From assembly GCA_019058445.1 (NCBI GenBank), contig JAHPZA010000009.1, positions 658,355 to 722,354 of the forward strand: 64,000 bases of DNA. The letters are read 5' to 3'. Below the pieces are notes generated by a model. It saw only the letters and a list, made by a program, of their open reading frames with translations. It ran no database searches and had not been told where the DNA came from. Position numbers and translations under genes: made by a program. Source of the DNA: Promethearchaeota archaeon (lineage in GTDB: Archaea; Asgardarchaeota; Lokiarchaeia; Sigyniarchaeales; SOKP01). Below, one piece after another: positions 19,316 to 29,527 of the stretch; positions within the stretch are counted from its first letter, which is position 1, and the number at the start of each line of letters is the position of its first letter.

Positions 19316-19999
19316 ATGAAAATTAATGATTTAAAGATTAAAAAAGGAATTAGAATAAATGAGAAAGACGCATTATTAGTCGTTGATATACAAAACGATT
19401 TCTTACCAGGTGGGGCACTAGCTGTTGAACAAGGTGATAGTATCATTGATGGGGTAAATAAAATTGCTAAAAATTTCAGTAAAAATAATGCTGCGATTAT
19501 AATGACCCAGGATTGGCATCCTAAAGGGCATTTATCTTTTGCAAGTAGTTATCCTGATAAAAATCCTGGTGATGAATATCAATCTAAAGATGGAGCCATA
19601 GGACCAGTATTATGGCCAGATCATTGCGTACAAGGTACTAAAGGTGCTGAATTTCATAAAGATTTAAATTTATTATTTGCGAGTGCTATAATTCGTAAAG
19701 GCCGAAATCCAACTGTAGATAGTTATTCCGCCTTTTTAGAAAATGATAAGGTGGTAGAAACAGGATTATCAGGATATTTAAAATCTTTGAATATTAAACG
19801 AATATTTATTTGTGGATTAGCATTAGATTACTGCTGTTATTATAGCGCAATTGATGCTGTGGATTTTGGCTTTGAAGAAGTATATCTTTTAGTAGATCTT
19901 ACGAAGGGAATTGATTTACCTCCAGGAAACATTTCTGCTTCTTTAGAAAATATGATAAACAAGGGTATAAAATTCGGAAATATAGATAACTTTAATTAA
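19316..19999 (+). CDS. pncA: Nicotinamidase/pyrazinamidase (isochorismatase family)
   Basis: LLVVDIQNDFLPGGALAV, metal site DWHPKGHLSF, IIRKG, and catalytic Cys context FICGLALDYCC. Confidence 0.85.
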   Translation: MKINDLKIKKGIRINEKDALLVVDIQNDFLPGGALAVEQGDSIIDGVNKIAKNFSKNNAAIIMTQDWHPKGHLSFASSYPDKNPGDEYQSKDGAIGPVLWPDHCVQGTKGAEFHKDLNLLFASAIIRKGRNPTVDSYSAFLENDKVVETGLSGYLKSLNIKRIFICGLALDYCCYYSAIDAVDFGFEEVYLLVDLTKGIDLPPGNISASLENMINKGIKFGNIDNFN

Positions 20000-20187
20000 T
20001 TCTATCATTTTCAGATTTAATTAGATAAATCGATTAATATTCCTTTTACTTATAAGGCTAAATAATTTAATATTTAAATGCCTAAAAAATAATTTAAGTA
20101 ATATTCTTCAATATAATAGAAATTTATTCATATAGTGAAATAATTATTAATCCTCCCATAACTGCCAAAAGAATCTATACCAGTGTA

Positions 20188-21702
20188 GTGAATAGGAAAA
20201 TTAGCAAATCAGCGGCTTTGGATCTTTTAGTTTCTTTAATTGAGAATAGCGATAATCACAAGACCAGATTTGAATGTATGGAAATAATTGATAAAATGGA
20301 TTATACAACCAAAGGAATTTTTAAATATCTTGAAAATTGCTTAGTATCGGATGAAAATCCAAAAGTAAGAGCGTCAGCCGCAAAATTAATTATAAAAAAT
20401 TTCTTAGAGGAGGGATATTCATCGTTAAAATGGACAATTGCTTATGATGATTCCGCTGTAGTTTTGAAGACGTTACATGATTTATTTAAAGGAGCTACTG
20501 ATCGTTATATTAATGAATTAAAAAGAGATTTAAATCGAAGATTATCGTCAATTTATGGTGTAATTTCTGATGAAGCATTATTTCTTTTAGACCTCGAATT
20601 AGGTGTCAGTTTTTTCAATACTAATTACTTAAAAATTTATACTTCCAATACCATAAATGGCGTAATTAATGGTAATTACATGATGTGTGTAATAAAAAAT
20701 GGACATATTATGGCTTTAAATTTAAGCAACTGGGGATTAAATAATTTACCAGTTTCTATTGGCTCACTTTCCAGATTAAAGCATTTAATTCTAAAAAATA
20801 ATAATATCAAGACATTACCAAGTTCAATTGGTCTACTTCATCATCTGAGAACACTTGACTTAAGTAAATGTAACATAAAATCTTTACCAGACTCCTTAAT
20901 TAATCTTCACATGCTTAAAAGAGTATCATTGAATCGTAATCATAATATGAAAGAGATCCCGCGTTCTATAAGTCTATTAGCAAAAAAGTATTTCAGTAGA
21001 AAATACATCTGGGAGGGAGTTTCTTCCAACGATGCATTTGTATTAGGTTTATTAGAGATTCTTACAGGATTCGAACTAAAACGACTTAAACCCGAGGATT
21101 TTACTATGTATCGTGAGTCAGCATGTCATTACAAAATAAATAAAAAAGGAAATGTCATTGGCATTTACATATTTCACCCACAATTATCGAATTTAACAAT
21201 TATCCCAGATTCCTTATGTACATTAGGGCACCTAAAAGAATTAGAATTACCTAACAATGATATCAAATATATCCCGAAATCAATTGGGGAATTAAAAATG
21301 ATAAAGTATCTAAATTTGAGAAACAATATCATTGAGCAAATTCCAGAATCATTAAATAAATTAAAATACTTGACTTGTTTAAAACTATCAGGAAATCGAA
21401 TTGAATCCCCCCCTGATTGGCTAAAGTTTAAACTTGATAAGAGTGAAAATAAAGAAAATTTAAATGGATGTAAAAAATACTTTTTTGGTATCCCCTTTAG
21501 CGAAATCATGCGAAAATTCCCCGAAAATAATAACTTAAATAGCGAAAATTATTATGAAATACTCAAAAAAGTAAAGGATATTTGTCTAGTATGTAGAGAT
21601 AAAGTCCTAAGATTTAGGGGATTTACATGCGAAGGTTCTTCTATTTATTGTCAAAATTGTGCTCGCGCATTGAACAATTTAGAACGAAATCAGAAATCTT
21701 GA
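20188..21702 (+). CDS. HEAT-repeat / leucine-rich-repeat protein with C-terminal Cys-rich zinc-ribbon-like module
   Basis: N-terminal HEAT-like ENPKVRASAAKLI. Multiple LRRs (LPVSIGSLSRLKHLILKNNNIKTLPSSIGLLHHLRTLDLSKCNIKSLPDSLINL... and LELPNNDIKYIPKSIGELKMIKYLNLRNNIIEQIPESL). C-terminal CLVCRD...C...CQNC. Confidence 0.8.
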   Translation: MNRKISKSAALDLLVSLIENSDNHKTRFECMEIIDKMDYTTKGIFKYLENCLVSDENPKVRASAAKLIIKNFLEEGYSSLKWTIAYDDSAVVLKTLHDLFKGATDRYINELKRDLNRRLSSIYGVISDEALFLLDLELGVSFFNTNYLKIYTSNTINGVINGNYMMCVIKNGHIMALNLSNWGLNNLPVSIGSLSRLKHLILKNNNIKTLPSSIGLLHHLRTLDLSKCNIKSLPDSLINLHMLKRVSLNRNHNMKEIPRSISLLAKKYFSRKYIWEGVSSNDAFVLGLLEILTGFELKRLKPEDFTMYRESACHYKINKKGNVIGIYIFHPQLSNLTIIPDSLCTLGHLKELELPNNDIKYIPKSIGELKMIKYLNLRNNIIEQIPESLNKLKYLTCLKLSGNRIESPPDWLKFKLDKSENKENLNGCKKYFFGIPFSEIMRKFPENNNLNSENYYEILKKVKDICLVCRDKVLRFRGFTCEGSSIYCQNCARALNNLERNQKS

Positions 21703-21743
21703 AAATTTTAAAATTATCCTTAATTATTATAATTCAATAAATA

Positions 21744-22265
21744 TTGATAATCTCGGGACATATGAATAACACTTTTCCTTATAAATCAATCCTAATTGTT
21801 TGTAGCGTAAATACCGCAAGATCAAGAATGGCAGAAGGGTACTTTAATAATTTCTGTACTGAAAACAATTTAGATGTCGAGATAAATTCGGGTGGAATTG
21901 CTTCTAATGCAAGGGATGGAATGCTTATCTCAATGGATGCCCATATGGCAATGATGGAAGAAGGAATTAAACTTTCTGAAACTGCAATGTCAGTAGATCT
22001 AAAGAAAAAAGAACATCAATATCTAATTGAAAACGCAGATTTAATTTTAACTTTAACTGATCAGCATAAAGCTGAGATAAAGAAATATATTAAATCAAAC
22101 AATAAAGAAGTTTTTACGTTAAGAGAATTCGCCGGTGAATGCGGAAACATAAAAGATCCCTCTATGAAAGGGATAGAAGGATTTAGAATAGCACGAGATA
22201 AAATAAAAGATTGTTTAATAAAAGGTTTAGATAATTTGGGCTTTAAATTTATTCAAGAACGTTAA
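21744..22265 (+). CDS. Low-molecular-weight protein tyrosine phosphatase / ArsC-like phosphatase
   Basis: P-loop C-X5-R-S: ILIVCSVNTARSRMAEG. Downstream IKDP (general-acid Asp context). The likely true start is ATG at 21762. Confidence 0.8.
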   Translation: MIISGHMNNTFPYKSILIVCSVNTARSRMAEGYFNNFCTENNLDVEINSGGIASNARDGMLISMDAHMAMMEEGIKLSETAMSVDLKKKEHQYLIENADLILTLTDQHKAEIKKYIKSNNKEVFTLREFAGECGNIKDPSMKGIEGFRIARDKIKDCLIKGLDNLGFKFIQER

Positions 22266-22282
22266 AAAAATAGAAAAAAAAA

Positions 22283-23770
22283 TTAATCTTCTCCCTCTTT
22301 AAATCCCATTTGTTTATGTACTGATTTTATTTTTTTCTTTCTTTCTTTCTTTTTTCTCTGTTTTAAGCGTTTCTTCTTTTCCTCTTCAAGAAAATCCTCC
22401 ATTTGTTCAAGTTTGGTCTTTTTTCTTATGGCAATCGATTGAGAGAAATGCCTTATCATTGATTCTGTTCTTCTTATCTCTCTCTTCACCGTTTGACCTG
22501 TTTTACGGCCAACTCGACTGAATTGAACCATTATCCATTCAGGAGAGCCAATTCCCTTAGCATAAGTATTCCAAATATACATAAAAAACCCCATAAATCC
22601 CGCAAATGCGAAAATAGCAATTAAAAATATAATAATATTAAGCTGCCTTAAGAACAAGACTGCGAATATCAAATGAATTAAAAATAAACTCAAAGAAATT
22701 TTTCCGTAGTAGATCAACATTCTAATAAACTTGTTGTCTCGGTTATCAAGGTCAATGAAATAGAAGCTAATTGCTATTATTAAGAGCCCTGCGCCAAGAT
22801 TATAGAACATATTCGCCGATGTGCTTCTTATGAGAAATTCAGGAATCCCTTTAAAGTGGTACTGATCTTGCTGGTTCATGACCTCCAATAGATGTAAATG
22901 AACATACTCATCTACTTCCATATTGTCAAAATTCCGTAATCGAAGCCCTATAGAAACGCCAATTATCACTAAAATTATACCCCAAATTAAAAAAATTCGA
23001 AATAGTACCACATAATCCTGGTGGGTTCCTTTTATCATCGCTTCATAAAGGTATTCTCCAAATATAGTGGATATGAAACATATTGAAATCCATGGTAATA
23101 CAGGTAATTGTGGGGCTGGAGACGTTATAAGAAAATGCAATGTCCATATAAATACACTAGAGTCTTTTCCAAGGAATAGATATTCTCTTATCGTCGGGGA
23201 AACTAATATAATCCCGACCCCTATTAGCGCTCGATAACTTTTTTTCAATTTCAAAGCATAATAAGAGGCTATTTGAGAAAATCCTAAAAACATTAATATA
23301 TTCCACCCCCATAATACCAAGGGAAAAGGGGGTCTATAGACAGCTTGGTTTAACCCTGCTAAATTCATTAACACTCCTATGAACATTATAGTAAACCCCC
23401 TTGAAAATACTCTGTTTCTTATTACCTTTCTTGGTAAAATCCCCTCCTTATTTTTAATACTAAAAATAACGCTGAGTGCCGAAAGGTATACGAAAAGAGA
23501 AGGTCCTAAAATGTCCAATGCACAGAAAAGTACAGCATATACGTATAGCCAATCATTATCCAACCAAGCTTCTGCTATGTGTGCCATCATGATCATGATA
23601 ATAGCCAGTCCTTTTACAAAGTCAATACTCCGGATTCTCTTAGGGCTTGCATAGTCGAGCAATTCGTCCATAGGGATTGATTGGCGAAGATAATCGAAAA
23701 GTGGGGGAGATTCCATCTCAATTTCTGCTTCTGATGTCATACTTCTACACAACGTATAAAATTTTAACAA
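22283..23770 (-). CDS. Polytopic membrane protein, HGSNAT/DUF1624-like acyltransferase family, with Lys-rich C-terminal tail
   Basis: N-terminal RIRSIDFVKGLAIIMIMMAHI resembles the R-x-x-S-(L/I)-D-x-x-(R/K)-G signature of heparan-alpha-glucosaminide N-acetyltransferase-like proteins. About 10 hydrophobic helices. Tail is EEEKKKRLKQRKKKERKKKIKS. Confidence 0.5.
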   Translation of the reverse strand: MLKFYTLCRSMTSEAEIEMESPPLFDYLRQSIPMDELLDYASPKRIRSIDFVKGLAIIMIMMAHIAEAWLDNDWLYVYAVLFCALDILGPSLFVYLSALSVIFSIKNKEGILPRKVIRNRVFSRGFTIMFIGVLMNLAGLNQAVYRPPFPLVLWGWNILMFLGFSQIASYYALKLKKSYRALIGVGIILVSPTIREYLFLGKDSSVFIWTLHFLITSPAPQLPVLPWISICFISTIFGEYLYEAMIKGTHQDYVVLFRIFLIWGIILVIIGVSIGLRLRNFDNMEVDEYVHLHLLEVMNQQDQYHFKGIPEFLIRSTSANMFYNLGAGLLIIAISFYFIDLDNRDNKFIRMLIYYGKISLSLFLIHLIFAVLFLRQLNIIIFLIAIFAFAGFMGFFMYIWNTYAKGIGSPEWIMVQFSRVGRKTGQTVKREIRRTESMIRHFSQSIAIRKKTKLEQMEDFLEEEKKKRLKQRKKKERKKKIKSVHKQMGFKEGED

Positions 23771-23933
23771 TTAATTAAATTGGACTTAAATTCTTTAATA
23801 ATTAAAGGTTAGATATTGTAATTCCTATTAATTTTTTTATTACTAATAATTAAAACAAACTTATATAAAAAAGTAGAAGATCAATCAAATTGTCTTAATT
23901 TAAATTTAATTATCAACTATTATCAACTATCTT

Positions 23934-24791
23934 ATGATTGAGTTTGTTATCATTGCTATTTTACAGGGATTGCTTGAATGGCTCCCTATCTCTTCTTCTG
24001 GAACAGTAATGATTGTTGCAATCAATTTTTTTGGCATATCTCCTAAAGAGGCTTTTAGTCTTGCAATATGGTTACATTTAGGTACGGCCTTAGCTGTTAT
24101 CGTCAAATTTAGAACAGATTTCGTTGAAATCTCAAAAGCATGTTTTCCACAGGTATTCGGGGAACCGGAAGAACTTGTAAGGAAGAAAAGAAATTGGCTA
24201 ATAATAGCAACTATAGGCACTGGTATTACCGCTTTACCACTTTATTTTTTGTTTAAAGTAATATTAATCGGAACTTTCACTGCCTTTCAAGGAGATATAA
24301 TAACATTGATCATCTCCGGCTTACTAGTAATGACTGGAGTAGTTTTACTGAAATTTAAAAAAGTATATGGAGAGAGGGAATTAAATGATACGAATAATAA
24401 GCAAATAAAGAAAGAAAGCATGGTTTCGGGATTGGCCCAAGGAGTTTCAATCCTCCCCGGGATATCAAGATCGGGTATGACAATTTCTACAATATTATTA
24501 AAAAATTATGACCAAGACACGGCATTGAGAATGAGCTTTTTAATGTCTGTTCCAGCAGTTTTTGCATCAATTATAGTTGATTTTATATTTGGAGAGGGCT
24601 CAGTTTTTGGAATCTTAGATCCCCTCACAATTCTTATAATAACTTTTGTTAGTTTTGTAGTAGGGTATGTATCTATGGAAGTATTACTTAAATTAGCTCT
24701 GAAAATTAATTTTGGGTATTTCTGTATTATTTATGGAATAATTGCTTTTATTATAATAATTCCTTTTTTGCTTATTTCAAACGTATTTTGA
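23934..24791 (+). CDS. uppP: Undecaprenyl-diphosphatase
   Basis: GLLEWLPISSSG and PGISRSG motifs, in an 8-TM-like profile. Confidence 0.9.
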   Translation: MIEFVIIAILQGLLEWLPISSSGTVMIVAINFFGISPKEAFSLAIWLHLGTALAVIVKFRTDFVEISKACFPQVFGEPEELVRKKRNWLIIATIGTGITALPLYFLFKVILIGTFTAFQGDIITLIISGLLVMTGVVLLKFKKVYGERELNDTNNKQIKKESMVSGLAQGVSILPGISRSGMTISTILLKNYDQDTALRMSFLMSVPAVFASIIVDFIFGEGSVFGILDPLTILIITFVSFVVGYVSMEVLLKLALKINFGYFCIIYGIIAFIIIIPFLLISNVF

Positions 24792-24794
24792 ATT

Positions 24795-25682
24795 TTAAAA
24801 TAAAGTCAGAATAAAATCAGCCAAAATGTTCTCAATATTCTTTATTCCCCTTAACCCGGGAAAATCATTTAAATCAACTAAATAAAGCTTGTTGTCTTTA
24901 ACACTTTTAATTAAATCAAATCCAAAAATTTTAAGCTTTAATTCTCTTGAAAGAATTTTTGCTAAAATTTTCATCTCTTTGGGAACCATAAACTCATCCC
25001 TAGAAATTGTATCGACATCTATTGCGTCTGGACTATCTCTCATGTAAATATAAATTGGATTTTCTCTCTTAATTCCAAAGATTTTGTCTCCTACAACGTA
25101 TACTTTACGGTCAATACCATCGCATTCAATGAATTTTTGGACATATACATCGTAATATAAAAAGTTTGAATACATTTTGCAGAATTTATCCACTTCATCA
25201 ATTTCTCTGACTAAAAAATTAAATCTCATATATTTATCGTGCTGAAAATGGCTTTTAATCACAATTGGTAATTTTTTTACTGCCCATTCTTTAAATCTAT
25301 CAACATCTGATAAGTTTTGAGTCCATGACTTAGGCAATGAAATATTCGCTAAAATCTCTGAATTATCCTGAAGAATCTTTCGAAAAGCGTGATCTAAGGC
25401 AACCTTGTTACGCGTTAATAGGACAGTATCAACATCATGCAAAGTGGGGATATCATGAAGTTTTGCGTAATGTAATAAATCTATTGAACATTCACTTCTT
25501 ACTTTTACAATGAGCATATCAACCTTATTGAGTAGGTTTGATGTATTTTCTAAATCAAGAAAATCTTTAGTTGGATCATGTAAGATTAAGTTAGCATCTT
25601 TAGTTTTCTTTTTTAGAATAGGTATAACTGTTTTTATTACATCATGCTCTAATTTCGCAGAAAAAACTACTTTTTTAACCAT
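24795..25682 (-). CDS. ATP-grasp kinase, inositol-tris/tetrakisphosphate kinase (ITPK1)-like
   Basis: RKVYVVGDKIFGIKRE and IFGFDLIKSVKDNKLYLVDLNDFPGLRGI align by eye with human ITPK1 YKVFVVGESYTVVQRP and LFGIDIIINNQTGQHAVIDINAFPGYEGV. Confidence 0.7.
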   Translation of the reverse strand: MVKKVVFSAKLEHDVIKTVIPILKKKTKDANLILHDPTKDFLDLENTSNLLNKVDMLIVKVRSECSIDLLHYAKLHDIPTLHDVDTVLLTRNKVALDHAFRKILQDNSEILANISLPKSWTQNLSDVDRFKEWAVKKLPIVIKSHFQHDKYMRFNFLVREIDEVDKFCKMYSNFLYYDVYVQKFIECDGIDRKVYVVGDKIFGIKRENPIYIYMRDSPDAIDVDTISRDEFMVPKEMKILAKILSRELKLKIFGFDLIKSVKDNKLYLVDLNDFPGLRGIKNIENILADFILTLF

Positions 25683-25772
25683 AATAATTCATAAAAATAT
25701 GCTTATATAGAATAAACACGCAATGTAATATTAACATTTGATTTACTAATACTGAAAAAGTGATATATAATA

Positions 25773-27068
25773 TTGGAAGATATTGATAAAAAAGAAGTGC
25801 TTGATAAGTTACCGAAAAAAGTAAAGAGAACAGCTATAATTGTGGGTTTAATTTTTGCCGGATCACAAATATTCGGTTATTTTGAGGCTAGTTTCTTTAA
25901 CACCTATTTAGACCACGTTTTAAATTTGCCGTATTATTACATTTCCATAATGGTCTCCTTATCTGCAGCGATGGGTCTTGTCATGATGATTGTATGGGGT
26001 ATAAAAAGTGATAACACACGTTCTAAATTCGGGCGTCGTAAACCGTATTTATTTTTTGGTTTTATCATGGGCGTTGCAATGATTGCATTCGCTTTTGCCG
26101 AGAATTTTTTAATGTGTATTATTTTAGATGTGATAGTTATAGGAATTGCGTCTAATGCGTTCTATGTAGCTCAGCGTTCATTTATTCCAGATTTAATCGA
26201 ACCTGAACATCGGGGTAGGGCAAATGGAATCGCAGGTGTTTTTGGAAATATTGGTTTGTTGACAGCAATTGCATTGACAATTATCGCTAATGAGTTATTT
26301 ACGGTAAAAAGAGGTACGGGAAATATCATTACACGGGAGGGACATTTGTTTTTATTTATTATAGGGGGAGGGGGTGTTATGCTTAGTGCCATAATAGGTC
26401 TTCTATTTATATCAGAGCCTTCCCCGTCTGAATTACCCCCCAAAAAAGCCTTTATGCTTGAATTAAAAAAAATGTTTGATTTAGAAGAATTTAGAAGAAA
26501 TAAGCAATTCTATCGGATTGTTTTTGCCCAAACTATCTTTAGAGCCCATATTTATGTGGTATTACCCTTTTTATTCAATTACCTATTCTCTTTAGCACTT
26601 ACTACACTGGAATTCCTATTAGTTGTCATAATTTCTTTTCCGGTAATACTTGGAGTGATGATGATGCTCGGGAAAATTGCGGATAAGTATGGAAGAAAAA
26701 CTTCAATAGTACCTGGTATTCTAATTGCCTGTGTGGGTTTTTTCATGATGCCAATTGCAACATTAACGGGTTATAGATTAATAATATTACTCATCGCAAT
26801 GCCATTGGTGTTAATGGGCTTATTAGGGCTGGATGTACCTCTGAATGCATGGTCGCAAGATCTTTTTCCAGAAGATAAACGGGGTAAATTCATAGGAATT
26901 TTAAATGTGGTTAGTACCATCTCTCAAATAATTGGGGCAACTGTGGGGGGAATAGTAGCCACGCTTTATGGCCTTCCATGGGTTTTTGCTTTTGCTCCTA
27001 TATTTCTAATAGCTTCAATTTTTCTCTTCAAAAGAGTAGAAGAAACTTTGAAATCTAACGATATATAA
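25773..27068 (+). CDS. MFS transporter of the GPH / SLC45-sucrose-transporter-like type, tandem copy 1
   Basis: 12-TM profile. Loop 2-3 signature GIKSDNTRSKFGRRKPYLFFG, like the SD-x(5)-GRRRP motif of GPH/SUT/SLC45 carriers. Confidence 0.75.
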   Translation: MEDIDKKEVLDKLPKKVKRTAIIVGLIFAGSQIFGYFEASFFNTYLDHVLNLPYYYISIMVSLSAAMGLVMMIVWGIKSDNTRSKFGRRKPYLFFGFIMGVAMIAFAFAENFLMCIILDVIVIGIASNAFYVAQRSFIPDLIEPEHRGRANGIAGVFGNIGLLTAIALTIIANELFTVKRGTGNIITREGHLFLFIIGGGGVMLSAIIGLLFISEPSPSELPPKKAFMLELKKMFDLEEFRRNKQFYRIVFAQTIFRAHIYVVLPFLFNYLFSLALTTLEFLLVVIISFPVILGVMMMLGKIADKYGRKTSIVPGILIACVGFFMMPIATLTGYRLIILLIAMPLVLMGLLGLDVPLNAWSQDLFPEDKRGKFIGILNVVSTISQIIGATVGGIVATLYGLPWVFAFAPIFLIASIFLFKRVEETLKSNDI

Positions 27069-27199
27069 CTAATTTTCTTTTTTTTTTATTTTTTATTCTT
27101 TAACCAATTTAAAATCAATAGCTTTATTTGTTTTCTGAATTATTTTCAATTAATTAACACTTTAACCTTTCAAAATAAGTTTAGAAGAGTGAATATATA

Positions 27200-28492
27200 A
27201 TGGAAAAAACTAAGGATCAAAAAGTCTTTACCAAGGAATTAAAGATTCAAACATTCATAATTGGGATTGTGTTTGCTGCTGATATGATTTTCGGTTTTGC
27301 AGAACAAAATTTCCTTAATACCTATCTTGTTCACGTTTTGGGTTTAACAGAACTACATGTTGCAATTATGGTTTCATTATCGGCAATTATGGGACTTATT
27401 TTTCTTCTTGTATGGGGGATCATCTCCGATAATACGCGTTCGAAACATGGAAGAAGAAAACCATATTTGCTTATTGGAGGAATTATTTCTGGAGTGGCAA
27501 TGATTATTTATGCATTTTCCCCTAATTTTTACTGGGCATTATTTCTAGATGTTGTGATAATCGGTATATTTTCTAATGCATATTTCGCGGGTGAAAGAGC
27601 ACTAGTCCCTGATACTATTGAACCAGAATTGCGCGGAAGAGCAAATGGAATTATTCAATCATTTGCTAATTTGGGAATTTTAGTAGCCGTTGCAATTTTT
27701 TTAATATCTTATGAACTGTTTGCAATTGATAATCCAAAAGGTTCTGGAACAATTTTAACTCAAGAGGGTCATTTATTTGTTCTTGGAATAGGAGGTATCG
27801 GTTTCGCGTTATGTGGAATAATTGGATTTGTTTTTATTAAAGAAAAATCGGTTACGGAATTGCCCCCCAAAAAAAAATTCTTTGTTGAGCTTAAAGAAAT
27901 CATAGATATTGAAGAATTTAAGGAACAAAAAGAATTCTATAAAATTACTTTAGCATATTTAATATTTCAAACAGGGATTGGGTGTATCTTACCTTTTCTA
28001 TTCATATATCTATTTGCTTTAGGCCTCACAACCTTAGAACTTTTAATGGCAATCGGTATGGGTTTTCCGATATTAATAATCGTCACAATATTCTTAGGTA
28101 AACTAGCAGATAAACATGGTCGAAAGAAATATATTCCTGCTATAATTGTTATCATCAGTGTTGGCGTATTTTCAACAATTTTCGTGAGAAACGATGCAGG
28201 GGTAAATTTAATCCTGTTTTTTATTCTTCTTCCATTTATTTTAGTGGCTATTTTAGGAGTTCGAGCAATCCTTGATACTTGGTCTCAAGACTTGTTGCCT
28301 CCAGATAAAAGAGGTAAGTTTTTCGGGATCTTAAATATAGTCTTTACACTTTCACAAATAGTAGGCGCTTTAGCAGCAGGATTTATAGCTACTCTTTATG
28401 GATTAGATTGGATCTTTGTTTTAGGAACAGTATTTTTCTTGGTTTCGATTATATTTTTTCTGAGAGTTGAAGAAACTTTAGTAGTTGATTAA
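27200..28492 (+). CDS. MFS transporter of the GPH / SLC45-like type, tandem copy 2
   Basis: Collinear with 25773-27068 (GIISDNTRSKHGRRKPYLLIG, EPELRGRANGI, SELPPKK, WSQDLLPPDKRGKFFGILN). Confidence 0.75.
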   Translation: MEKTKDQKVFTKELKIQTFIIGIVFAADMIFGFAEQNFLNTYLVHVLGLTELHVAIMVSLSAIMGLIFLLVWGIISDNTRSKHGRRKPYLLIGGIISGVAMIIYAFSPNFYWALFLDVVIIGIFSNAYFAGERALVPDTIEPELRGRANGIIQSFANLGILVAVAIFLISYELFAIDNPKGSGTILTQEGHLFVLGIGGIGFALCGIIGFVFIKEKSVTELPPKKKFFVELKEIIDIEEFKEQKEFYKITLAYLIFQTGIGCILPFLFIYLFALGLTTLELLMAIGMGFPILIIVTIFLGKLADKHGRKKYIPAIIVIISVGVFSTIFVRNDAGVNLILFFILLPFILVAILGVRAILDTWSQDLLPPDKRGKFFGILNIVFTLSQIVGALAAGFIATLYGLDWIFVLGTVFFLVSIIFFLRVEETLVVD

Positions 28493-28509
28493 TTCAACTT
28501 ATTTTTTTT

Positions 28510-29487
28510 TTATTTTACTTTTAATATATGTTCTGATAATACTAGGTTTTCCACGGTAAATTTTATATGGTCCTTTATATCTTGTTCTAATATTCGTTCT
28601 AGATCAGGGGAAACAACTATAAATTCTTTTTCTGATAAAGATATCTCATCTTTATAAAGCATATAAAAAGCCTGTTTTAAACCTCTTGGTTCTCGACCCA
28701 TAGGTCCTTTAGTATCATAAAGACCATTCTTTTGCTTATGCAGTTCTTCTTGCAATTTATCTAGTTGCGAATCTTCCCCTTTTAACGCCTTTTGAAACAA
28801 TTCTTTGCAAATATTAGAAATATTACTAATACTTGGCACCAAACCAGAATATTTTCTGAGCTTCATAGGAACAACCTTAAGAAACGCGGAATAATTGTTT
28901 TCATCGCCGCAAAAAACAGCAAAATCTTCGCTGATAAAATCGATGAGCTCTTTAGTATTATTAAGATCATCAGTGGTATCCTTAATGCCTTTTAAATTAT
29001 CGCATTTTAATAAGCTTTTTACAATTTCTCCGTTAATATTGTTTTTGGCAAATCGATACGGGTTATTATAGAGAAAAATCTGATTTTTTAAATTGAGTGA
29101 TTCTAAAATATTTTCGAAATAGATTATCAATTCATTATTAACTAGCCTTTGTGAAATAGGTGGAGTAATTACAAAGTTTAAAGCTTTATACTCTTTACCT
29201 AATAATTCAATTTGATTGATTGTCTCCTCAGTATTATTTCCAAATGCTCCCAAAAGAATAGGGACCTTGTTATCTGAGATTTTAAAGGCCAATTCTACAG
29301 ATTTACGCTTCTCATCAATCTTATCAATAAATTCTATACCCTCACCTGTATTACCAAATAAAAAGAGACTGTCAGCACCATTTAGTAATATATGCCTAAA
29401 TAATAGTGAATTTAATTCATCATTCACTTCAAATTTCTCGTTAAAGAAAGTAATACTAGGGACTATTATACCATTTAGATGTTGCAT
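28510..29487 (-). CDS. DapA/N-acetylneuraminate-lyase family class I aldolase (possibly KDG-aldolase-like)
   Basis: GIIVPSITFFNE...D...L...I..GADSLFLFGNTGEG matches the DHDPS-family N-terminus. Schiff-base lysine context LKGIKDTTDD. Confidence 0.75.
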   Translation of the reverse strand: MQHLNGIIVPSITFFNEKFEVNDELNSLLFRHILLNGADSLFLFGNTGEGIEFIDKIDEKRKSVELAFKISDNKVPILLGAFGNNTEETINQIELLGKEYKALNFVITPPISQRLVNNELIIYFENILESLNLKNQIFLYNNPYRFAKNNINGEIVKSLLKCDNLKGIKDTTDDLNNTKELIDFISEDFAVFCGDENNYSAFLKVVPMKLRKYSGLVPSISNISNICKELFQKALKGEDSQLDKLQEELHKQKNGLYDTKGPMGREPRGLKQAFYMLYKDEISLSEKEFIVVSPDLERILEQDIKDHIKFTVENLVLSEHILKVK

Positions 29488-29527
29488 AATAATATATCCT
29501 CTTTGTTTTTGTAATTTATAATAAAGT

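Noticed and set aside
21174-21509. Minus-strand 111-aa ORF inside the LRR gene
   Set aside because: It is antisense to clear LRR repeats and is low-complexity.
23379-24220. ORFs 23379-23654(+) and 23927-24220(-), antisense to the HGSNAT-like gene and uppP
   Set aside because: The host CDSs have family motifs (PISSSG/PGISRSG for uppP) and coherent TM profiles. The antisense ORFs have neither.
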